Shown: positions 1 to 8,300 of the stretch, piece by piece
Numbering within the stretch: the stretch's first letter is position 1
Layout of the letters: every line of letters starts with the position of its first letter
Source: Candidatus Cloacimonadota bacterium
GTDB taxonomy: Bacteria > Cloacimonadota > Cloacimonadia > Cloacimonadales > Cloacimonadaceae
NCBI GenBank assembly: GCA_020532085.1
Contig: JAJBAV010000013.1
Coordinates: 5,565-69,564 of the forward strand
Direction: 5' to 3'
Length of the DNA: 64,000 nucleotides
The notes under the pieces: model-generated
The model's input: the letters and a program-made list of their open reading frames with translations, nothing else
Database searches by the model: none
What the model was told of the DNA's origin: nothing
Translations under genes and position numbers: made by a program

Positions 1-526
1 CATCATCCGCCAGGTTGACTCCCAAAACGATTATGCCGCCCTCCAGGAAACCCTCACCCGCTTCCTGAACGAGACCGCCAAGGATCCCTCCATGCTGCCG
101 GACCTGCTCATCATCGACGGCGGCAAAGGCCAGCTTGCTGCCTGCAAAGAGGTTTTGGACGCCTCCGCGCATCCGGACGTCCCCATCATCTCGCTGGCCA
201 AACGCGCCGAGGAAGTCTATCTGCCCGGCCGCCCCGAATCCATCATCCTGCCCCGCTCCTCTTCTTCCCTGCGGCTGCTCACCTCCATCCGCGACGAAGC
301 CCACCGCTTCGCCATCAACTTTCACCGCTCCCGCCGCTCCAAACGCACCCTGCTGAGCGAACTGGAGGACATCCCCGGCGTGGGCGAGCAGACCAAATTC
401 CTGCTGCTCAAAGAGCTGGGCTCCGTGGAAGCCATCAAGGCCGCCAGCCCCGAAGAGCTGATGAAGGTGAAGGGCATCGGCGGAAAGCTGGCCCGACAGA
501 TCCACGGGCATTATCATTCCGCGTAA
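1..526 (+). CDS. uvrC: Excinuclease ABC subunit C (UvrC), C-terminal part; 5' end outside window
   Basis: Frame is open from the window edge to the stop at 524-526. Translation shows UvrC C-terminal motifs (IIDGGKGQL, DEAHRFAI) and a helix-hairpin-helix tail (LEDIPGVG...VKGIGGKLA). Confidence 0.85.
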   Translation, partial: IIRQVDSQNDYAALQETLTRFLNETAKDPSMLPDLLIIDGGKGQLAACKEVLDASAHPDVPIISLAKRAEEVYLPGRPESIILPRSSSSLRLLTSIRDEAHRFAINFHRSRRSKRTLLSELEDIPGVGEQTKFLLLKELGSVEAIKAASPEELMKVKGIGGKLARQIHGHYHSA

Positions 527-707
527 ACTCCAGCGAAATCTCACTCGAATATTTTTGCATGATGCCCAACGGAGCGGGATTTGGTCTTTTTCAAACCTCT
601 GCGCGGCAATAGCTTGGGCATTCGCTTTGAAAATCGCTTGACAATATCATCGCCTTTGTTGATCCTGACATTATTGTGATAGCATAAAAAAGATTGCGAG
701 GAATAGA

Positions 708-1325
708 ATGCTCCAACTGTATCCCAAGCCCCGGAAAAAAACGGTGTTGCCCACCGACTACAAGGCCCTGATACTGAGCTCGGCCCAGAAGATCTTTGCC
801 CAGAAGGGCTACGTTAAATGCACCATGTCGGACGTTGCCATCCATGCCAAGGTAGGCATCGGCACCCTGTACAACTACTTCAAAAACAAGGACGAAATGC
901 TGCAGCTTTGCATCCAAAAAATGGTGGAGGAAGAGATCCACACCATCGAGGCGGAAAGCCAAAAGCTGGCCGATCCCCTCAAACAGATCCACTATTTTTT
1001 CACCGAGCATTTTGCCCTGCTGAAAAGCAAACCCCACATCGCCCGGCTCCTGCTCATCGAGCTGCGCCAGAGCGAGGGTTTCTACAAACGCAACCCCACT
1101 TACAACCCCCTCAACTACTATCTGGAGTATTACACCAGGGTGTTCCAGAACGCCGTGAAAAAAGGCCTGATCCGCAACGTTGACGCCAGGGCCCTGGCCT
1201 ACATCGTGGTGGGGTCACAGGAACTGATGTATCTGCAGTGGCTCATTCACGGCAAGGAGCTGGATATCGATCCCCTGCTCGCCGGCTTGAACGACATCCT
1301 GCAGCACGGACTCGTAAAGAAATAA
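708..1325 (+). CDS. TetR/AcrR family transcriptional regulator
   Basis: 205 aa. N-terminal HTH typical of TetR (ILSSAQKIFAQKGY..TMSDVAIHAKVGIGTLYNYFKNKDEM) and a helical C-terminal ligand domain. Confidence 0.8.
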   Translation: MLQLYPKPRKKTVLPTDYKALILSSAQKIFAQKGYVKCTMSDVAIHAKVGIGTLYNYFKNKDEMLQLCIQKMVEEEIHTIEAESQKLADPLKQIHYFFTEHFALLKSKPHIARLLLIELRQSEGFYKRNPTYNPLNYYLEYYTRVFQNAVKKGLIRNVDARALAYIVVGSQELMYLQWLIHGKELDIDPLLAGLNDILQHGLVKK

Positions 1326-1347
1326 ACCCGTTTCGTCAGATATAAAA

Positions 1348-1380
1348 CCGGCCCGCTGTGATGGCGGGCCTTTCATTTAT
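1348..1380. terminator. Hairpin between convergent TetR gene and htpG (possible bidirectional terminator)
   Basis: CCGGCCCGC-tgtgatg-GCGGGCC stem-loop followed by TTTCATTT. It lies between two convergent stops. Confidence 0.5.
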
Positions 1381-1434
1381 CTTGAACAATCGGTTGGTTG
1401 GTTGTGAGATCCCCAGCTTGAGGCCAGTTTCCGC

Positions 1435-3534
1435 TTAGAGATAGTTCAGGATCTGGTTGGCGCGGGCGATGAAGGACTTGAGTTCGTCGCCGCTGAAAGC
1501 GCGCTGTTCAAGCAGGGAGAGGTCGTGGAGATAGGTGCAGAGGGTATTCACCTCTTCCTTATTGCCGGAGGCGTCGAGCTCCAGGATCTTTTGGATGATG
1601 GGGTTGGCCCGGTTCACCACCAGGGTATGGTCTTTGAGCAGGGCGGAATCAGCCTGGCGGCTAACGAGTTCCATGTCGTGCCAGCGGCGCATGAACTCGT
1701 TGAAGACGATCATGGAGGGGATGTGAGGCGATTTGAGGCTTTTCACCTCGACCTTCAGGGGGGTGTAAACGTGGCTGAACAGGTCTTTGAGGGTTGCCTC
1801 GCCAAGTTCTTCGCGCACGGCGAAGGGGATGTCGTAAGGCCTGATCACGGTGCGGTCGCCGTTTTGGACCAGCCAGGGATTGAGGGCGGTGACGGCGGTG
1901 GGGTGTTTTTTCAGGAATTCGGCGTAGCTTTCCTGGCTGAAGGAAGCCTCCACCGGCTGGCCCAGGGCGCGGTAAAAGATCTCCTGCAATTTGTCCGATC
2001 CAGCGCGGCCTTCCCTGTCCACCAGCTCTTTTCCGTCGGTATCCACCAGCAAGTCGTTGACCTCACTGTCGACCCGGATGAATTCCACCTTGCCGAGCTG
2101 GCTTTCCAGCTGCTGGTAGAGGTGGGTGTCCAGCGGCGAAGTTTGATAGACCACCTCGATGCCCTGTTCTTTCATCAGGCCCAGGTAGCTGATCTGGGTG
2201 TCCTCCCCAGCGGCGTACCAAACGCGGGTTTTGTCGCCTTCGGATTTGTTTCTGGCCTGGTATTCCTCCAGGGTCACATAGTCGCCGGAGGCGGATTTGA
2301 AGATCACCCTGTCTTTCATGGCGGCAAAGAAATCCTCGTCGCGGATGAGGCCGTATTTGATGAAGGTGTCTATGTCCTCCCAGTATTCCTCATATTTCTT
2401 GCGGTCCGCAGCAAAGGTTTCGCCAAAACGGTCAGCCACCTTTTTCACGATGTATTTGCTGATTTGGCGTACTTGGGCGTCGTTCTGCAAAAAGCTGCGC
2501 GAAACGTTGAGGGGAATGTCCGGGATGTCTATGCCGCCTTTGAGCAGAAGAAGGAAATCGGGGATGAGATCCTCGAGGTTGTCGGCCACGAACACATTGT
2601 TGCAGAAGAGTTTCACCTCGCCCTTGAAGAATTCTGGGTCCTTGCGGAGCTTCGGGAAATAAAGGATGCCGCGGAGGTTGACGGGGAAATCGGCGTTGAG
2701 ATGGATCCAGAAGACGGGATCGCGGTGATCGTGGAATACCTGGTGGTAAAACTCCTTGTATTCATCATCAGTAACGTCTTTGGGCTTGCGGTTCCAAAGG
2801 GCTTCCTTCTGGTTCACCTGCTCGTCCTTGAACAGGATGGGCCAGGGCATGAAATTGCAGTATTTTTCCAGGATTTCACGGATCTTGGTTTCCTCGGAGT
2901 AGTTTTTGGAGTCCTCGTTCAGGTGGATGGTCACGGTGGTGCCAACCTCCTTGCGTTTGCCCGCTTTCATCTCATATTCGGTGCTGCCGTCGCATTCCCA
3001 GCCGGCGGCCTGGCTGCCGGAAACCCAGGATAGGGAATCGATGGTCACCTTATCCGCCACCATGAAACTGGAATAGAAGCCCAGGCCAAAGTGGCCGATG
3101 ATGTTGCCCTGAACATCCTTGAAATTGTTCACGAACTCTTCCGCGCCGGAGAAAGCGATCTGGTTGATGTATTTGCGAATCTCCTCCTCAGTCATGCCGA
3201 TGCCGGTATCCGAGATTTCGATGGTGTTCTTTTTGGGGTCCAGCTTCACGCTGATCTTCATGTCCTCCGCCATGAAGTCCGGATCGGCGTATTTGCGTTT
3301 GTTGATAGCGTCCACGGCGTTGGAGACCAGTTCGCGCAGAAAGATGTCATGCTGGGAATAGAGCCATTTCTTGATGATAGGAAAGATGTTTTCGGTGTGG
3401 ATGCTGAGGCTGCCCTTTTCGGCTTTTTTGGCCGCTTTTGCCGCCTGTTTGGTTTCTTTCTTATCTTCCTGCCTGGCAGTTGTTTTTTCTTCCTCTGGCA
3501 GTTCTGGTGTGGTTTTGTCTTTGTGGTCTGGCAT
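1435..3534 (-). CDS. htpG: Molecular chaperone HtpG (Hsp90 family)
   Basis: 699 aa. GHKL ATPase N-terminus (FLRELVSNAVDAI, DTGIGMT, GHFGLGFYS) and Hsp90 middle/C-terminal domains. AAGGAG RBS before the ATG. Confidence 0.95.
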   Translation of the reverse strand: MPDHKDKTTPELPEEEKTTARQEDKKETKQAAKAAKKAEKGSLSIHTENIFPIIKKWLYSQHDIFLRELVSNAVDAINKRKYADPDFMAEDMKISVKLDPKKNTIEISDTGIGMTEEEIRKYINQIAFSGAEEFVNNFKDVQGNIIGHFGLGFYSSFMVADKVTIDSLSWVSGSQAAGWECDGSTEYEMKAGKRKEVGTTVTIHLNEDSKNYSEETKIREILEKYCNFMPWPILFKDEQVNQKEALWNRKPKDVTDDEYKEFYHQVFHDHRDPVFWIHLNADFPVNLRGILYFPKLRKDPEFFKGEVKLFCNNVFVADNLEDLIPDFLLLLKGGIDIPDIPLNVSRSFLQNDAQVRQISKYIVKKVADRFGETFAADRKKYEEYWEDIDTFIKYGLIRDEDFFAAMKDRVIFKSASGDYVTLEEYQARNKSEGDKTRVWYAAGEDTQISYLGLMKEQGIEVVYQTSPLDTHLYQQLESQLGKVEFIRVDSEVNDLLVDTDGKELVDREGRAGSDKLQEIFYRALGQPVEASFSQESYAEFLKKHPTAVTALNPWLVQNGDRTVIRPYDIPFAVREELGEATLKDLFSHVYTPLKVEVKSLKSPHIPSMIVFNEFMRRWHDMELVSRQADSALLKDHTLVVNRANPIIQKILELDASGNKEEVNTLCTYLHDLSLLEQRAFSGDELKSFIARANQILNYL

Positions 3535-3569
3535 GAAACTCTCCTTGGTCAGTTGTTCTGTTTAAGGAT

Positions 3570-3597
3570 AGAATAAGCGGAGCGGGAAAATTGTCAA
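3570..3597 (-). promoter_or_regulatory. Possible sigma70-type promoter for htpG
   Basis: On the minus strand, TTGACA-N16-TATTCT about 35 nt upstream of the htpG start. Match judged by eye only. Confidence 0.3.
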
Positions 3598-3603
3598 GGG
3601 AAA

Positions 3604-3630
3604 TTGGCAGTTATCTTGTGAGAGTGCTAA
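3604..3630. promoter_or_regulatory. CIRCE-like inverted repeat (HrcA operator candidate)
   Basis: TTGGCAGTT-N9-GAGTGCTAA versus the CIRCE consensus TTAGCACTC-N9-GAGTGCTAA. Right half matches 9/9 and left half 6/9. Located upstream of htpG. Confidence 0.35.
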
Positions 3631-3751
3631 TTTAGCGTGAGGTGAAGCTGGAGTCGAGCGAGGAACGAGCATCGACTATAGCAGTCAAAGAAAGAGGCAG
3701 ACGCCCCCGTCAGCCAATGCCCGGAGGCCTTTCGGAACCAAAAGACAAGCT

Positions 3752-3769
3752 TTTGCGAAGCTTCGCAAA
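3752..3769. promoter_or_regulatory. 18-bp perfect palindrome in the divergent htpG/trxA intergenic region
   Basis: TTTGCGAAGCTTCGCAAA is its own reverse complement. Confidence 0.4.
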
Positions 3770-3781
3770 CGGGGATGGTTT

Positions 3782-3813
3782 GCTGGCGTCGATGCTCGTT
3801 CCTCGACGCCAGC
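3782..3813. repeat. Strong hairpin (11-bp perfect stem), part of a REP-like module
   Basis: GCTGGCGTCGA-tgctcgttcc-TCGACGCCAGC. A 17-nt segment (3788-3804) is also the perfect inverse of GAGGAACGAGCATCGAC further upstream. The same GTCGAGCG..GCATCGAC module recurs at 46.7-47.0 kb. Confidence 0.6.
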
Positions 3814-3953
3814 TTGTGTCACGCCCTTTCCCTTTGCCACGCCTGCCCCCTCTCTTCGCGTCTCTGTGCCTCCCTGTATCCAAGTTGAGAGCACCGGTCA
3901 GGGCATCTCACTTGCGCGTTTGCCCGACAGGGTTATTATGTCTTTAAATCAAT

Positions 3954-4280
3954 TTGACAGGAGTAAACATGTTGATAGAGTTGAATGATACAAATTTCGA
4001 CACAGTGACCAAGGAAGGCATTGTGGTGGTGGATTTTTGGGCAGCCTGGTGCGGTCCTTGCCGCATGATCGCCCCAACGATCGAAGAGCTGGCTGTCGCG
4101 CACCCGGACATCACCTTTGGCAAACTGAACGTGGATGAGCACCCTCAGCTGGCATCGCGCCATGGCGTGATGAGCATTCCCACCCTGCTGTTCTTTGTAA
4201 ACGGAGAATTGAAGGACAATTCCATCGGCGCCGTACCCAAACCGGTGCTGGAGAAAAAGCTGGAGCTGCTGCGAGGCTGA
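3954..4280 (+). CDS. trxA: Thioredoxin
   Basis: 108 aa with the WCGPC active site and thioredoxin fold pattern. Confidence 0.9.
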   Translation: MTGVNMLIELNDTNFDTVTKEGIVVVDFWAAWCGPCRMIAPTIEELAVAHPDITFGKLNVDEHPQLASRHGVMSIPTLLFFVNGELKDNSIGAVPKPVLEKKLELLRG

Positions 4281-4298
4281 GTCTGAGCCCAAAACGGT

Positions 4299-5204
4299 TT
4301 GAAACGCAATAACTTCGTGAACCGGACAGAGTATCTGCTCTTCCGGTTCGCTTTGTTCAAACTGCGGCTACTCCCCTATCGTTGGGGACGCTGGCTCATC
4401 ACGCGGCTGTTCCTCTGGATCGGATACGGACTGGGGATCAGGCGCGAAGTGGCGGATGAAAACCTCCAAATGGTGTATCCTGCCATGCCTCTTGGACAGC
4501 GCAAACAACTGCTGAAAAAGGTCTATGTGAATCTGGGGCTCGCCGCCGCGGAACTCTATCTGCTGCCGGAACCAAAGCTGATCGCCTCCACCAGCCTCAG
4601 CGGCAAAGAGCACGCGGTGGCAGCGCTGGCGCTGAAACGGGGCGCCATCCTGGCCACAGCCCATCTGGGCAACTGGGAGGCGGCACGGACCCTGCCGCTC
4701 TTCGGCATCCCCCTGGCCGTGGTGGTGCAGAAACAGCACAATCCGCTGTTCGATAACTACAACAGCGCTCTGCGCACCCGGCAGGGAGTGCGCCTGATCG
4801 ACCAGCGGCACGGGATGAAAGCGCTGCTGGCTCACCTGCGCGAAAACATGATGGTGGCCATCCTCACCGACCAGAACGCCGGCCCGGAGGGGCTCACACT
4901 GGATTTTCTGGGACACCCGGCCCAGCACTGGAAAGGCGCGGCCAAGATCTCGCTGCGCTACAAAGTCCCCATCGTGCCGGCCTATCCGCTCCGCACCCCG
5001 GCAGGCGGATTCCGCATCTGCTTTGAACCCATGATCTTCCATCCGGAACTGGAGGACAACCGGGAAAACCAGGCTTTGATCCTGAAAGAGCTGAATGCCG
5101 TAACCGAAAGCTACATTCGGCGCCATCCCGAGCAGTGGCTCTGGCTGCACCGGCGCTGGCGCAAACAGGGCCAGACCAGGCCTCCGGGGAACCAGGCGGG
5201 ATAG
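4299..5204 (+). CDS. Lipid A biosynthesis (LpxL/HtrB-family) acyltransferase
   Basis: 301 aa. N-terminal membrane anchor, family motif ATAHLGNWEA, and general similarity to lauroyl/myristoyl acyltransferases. The start is TTG and is uncertain. Confidence 0.75.
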   Translation: MKRNNFVNRTEYLLFRFALFKLRLLPYRWGRWLITRLFLWIGYGLGIRREVADENLQMVYPAMPLGQRKQLLKKVYVNLGLAAAELYLLPEPKLIASTSLSGKEHAVAALALKRGAILATAHLGNWEAARTLPLFGIPLAVVVQKQHNPLFDNYNSALRTRQGVRLIDQRHGMKALLAHLRENMMVAILTDQNAGPEGLTLDFLGHPAQHWKGAAKISLRYKVPIVPAYPLRTPAGGFRICFEPMIFHPELEDNRENQALILKELNAVTESYIRRHPEQWLWLHRRWRKQGQTRPPGNQAG

Positions 5205-5346
5205 ATCCAGCCTTGAAGCACGCCTCAAGCCGAAAAGGGCGTTGGGTTCAACCTCTTCAACCCCATGCCTACCGGACAAGGCAAGTTTCAGTTGACAAGC
5301 TCTGCCGCTGTGAAATTAGGGTAAAACCATTCATTTCGGGAGTTCA

Positions 5347-8300
5347 ATGATGTACATAGACCACCGCTACGAGGTTCTGGAGAGCCTGGGCACTGGATCC
5401 TGGGCGAACGTGTACAAGGTGCGCGACGTCCGCACGGACAACACCTACACGCTCAAACTGTTCCAGTATCTGTCCTCCGAGGACCTGTACAAGCAATTCC
5501 GGGCTGCCGATATGCACCACATCACCAAGATCGTGCACCCCAACCTCACCCGGGTGGTCGATTTCGGCCATGTGGGCGATCATATCTACTTCGTGGGCGA
5601 ATACTTCGACGGGGCCACGCTTAACAACTTCCGTTTCAGCAAAGCCCGGGCCAGGGACCTCTATGACATCATCGTGCAGATCTGTTACGCTTTGAACGCT
5701 CTGCATACCCAGAATATAATGCATAAGGATCTCAAGCCTGAGAACATACTTTATAAAAAGACACTTAACGGCATAGAGGTCAAGCTGATAGACTATGGGT
5801 TTTCCCGTCTAGAACTGGACCAGGACACTCAATATGTGTCCGGTACCCTGCCCTACATCGCTCCGGAGATCTACACTGGCAAGGGGGCGGGCTACGCCAG
5901 CGACTTCTATTCCCTGGGAGTGATCATCTACAGGCTGCTGACCGGCAGTTTTCCCTTCACGCTGGACCAAATCAACGCCATGCGCAGCAGCAGCCGCCAG
6001 TATTTCTCGCCGGTCTATCCGGTGGACCTGAACCCAAACATCCCGCTTCCCCTGCAAAACCTCTGCATCGAGCTGCTGGACCGCAATCCGGACAGCCGTC
6101 CCCACCAAAGCGAAGAGATCATCAAATACATCAACCGCACCACGGACAGGCAGTATAAATTTGCCGTATCTTGGTCGCTGGTGAATTCCATGCAATTTAA
6201 CAGCTATTTGGTGCAGGAGCGGATCGTGAACGATTTGCTGGCCTACCTGCCGCAAGTGGAGGCGGCCAACGGCAAGATCATCTCGCTGATCGCGGGAGAG
6301 GGCATGGGCAAGGATAACATCCTTTCCCTGTTTCGCTACCACATCCTGCGGGGTGGCTACTTCATCTTCGACTACACCTGCACCAGAAATGAGCATGAGG
6401 CATTTTTCGCCTTGATCAAGGAGTATCTGCGTTCACTTTCGGAGCAGGAGATCGCGGCCAACAGCGCGCTGCAAAGCATCTCCGAAAAGATGCGGCGCTA
6501 TCTGTTCATGTCCGAGCAGGCGGCCATGGGCGTTACCCCCAGCGAAGAGGACCTGCGGGCCGATTTCGAGTTTGCCAAAGCCCTGCTCACCGAGCTGGCC
6601 GAAACCAAGCCGGTGATCTTCATCGTGCGCAACATCCAGCATCTGCACCGCCATTCCCTGGAGTTTCTCAATTTCTTTTCCAACACCGTGGTGACCAACC
6701 GGATCATGATCGTGATGAGTTGCACGGACTTCAACCAGCTGCGGCAGATCAAAAACACGGTTCTGATCAACGTTCCAATGTTCACACCGGAAGAATCCGC
6801 GGCCTACATCCGCAAGCTGGTGAACGGCGACGTTCCGGATGGCTTCTGCCAGCTGATCCACCACCGCTCCGCGGGCAATCCCTTCCTGATCCGCGAGATC
6901 ATGATCAACCTCACCCTGCTGGGCAAGATCCGCTTCGACGGCGCATACCGCTTTCCGGATGGCCTAGACGACTACACCATTCCCACGCGCCTGCTCCAAT
7001 CAGTGATCAGCCGTGTGGAACACCTCAGCCTGGCCAGCAGGAAACAGCTGCAGAAGCTGGCCATTGTGCAGACACCCATCTCCCGGGAATTGATCCGCTA
7101 TATCTGCAAGGTGAAGGATGAAGAGATATACGACCTGCTCAATGAGGCCAAATACAACGAGATCCTGCTCAAACGGGAAAATCACTACCATTTCACTTTC
7201 GCCGAAGCCAAAACCTACCTCTACGACCGCTGCCAGCCGCGGATGCGGGACTTGGTCTCACGGCGCGTGTTGAAATATTACAACAGGCAGAACGTGACCG
7301 ACCCCCAAACCTGTACGGGCATCATCAGCAACGCGCGGATAGCCCGGGACCTTGTCTCCGAGCGGCGTTACCTGCTGCAGCTGCATCTGCTGCACTGCGA
7401 GGAACACCGCCAGCAGGAAGCCTACGATGCCATGGCGGAGGTGCTGAGGATAGATCTGGGAGGAGAGCTGGAACTGCCGCTGGAAGAGTTGGTGGACGAT
7501 CTGGGGAAATTCCACCGCATGATCGAATTCACGGGCTGCACCACCGAAGCGGAGTTTGTCTTCGCGCACCAGGCTGCCATTCCAGAATGTTTTGAGAAAT
7601 ACTCCGTGCTGGGCACACTGATCCTCTTCCAAGGTGACCGCAAAAGCGCGCTCAAAAACTTTGAGAAAGCGGAAAAACTATCCGCCGGCGCCTGCCAGAA
7701 GTCCATGGCCAAGCTTTACCAGGCGCAGATATACGCCCGCACGGACCCGGCTCGGGTGAAGAAATGCCTTGACGGCATTGCCCTGGATGAGGTGTCGCAG
7801 GCTTTCCAGATCAAGGCGGCCACCCTGATGGCGGCCTACGCGGGACGCGATCGGGATTTTGACGGCGCCGCCAGAGGGCTGGAGCAATTTTTGGCGGAAC
7901 TTGTCCCCAGCCAGGACCCGGATGCCATGATCGAGCTTGCCTCGCTGCACAACACGCTTGGGGAGATCTACAGCATCCAGAAGAACGTGGCCGAGGCCGA
8001 TGAGCATTTCAACACTGCCCTGAACATCTGGAATTCCTTCAACATCCGCCGCCACTTGGGCTGGATCCACAACAACCTTGCCGACCTCAACCTGAAGCAG
8101 GGTTTCACCATCCTGGGCCTGAACCACGCGCAGCAGGCGCAGATCTTTGCCAAAGACCGCCAGAACCTGCTTTCGGAAGGGCGCGCCCTGCTCAACCAGG
8201 GTGAGGCGATGATCAAGATGGGCCGCTTTGAGGAGGCGGAAGCCAAACTGCTGGATGCGCGTGAACTCATCACCCGGATCGGGGCGGACAGATACTTGGT

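Noticed and set aside
1525-3033. 502-aa ORF antisense to htpG
   Set aside because: It is a shadow ORF in GC-rich DNA opposite a clearly recognisable Hsp90 gene. The translation is low-complexity (V/G/A/H/L-rich) with no recognisable motifs.
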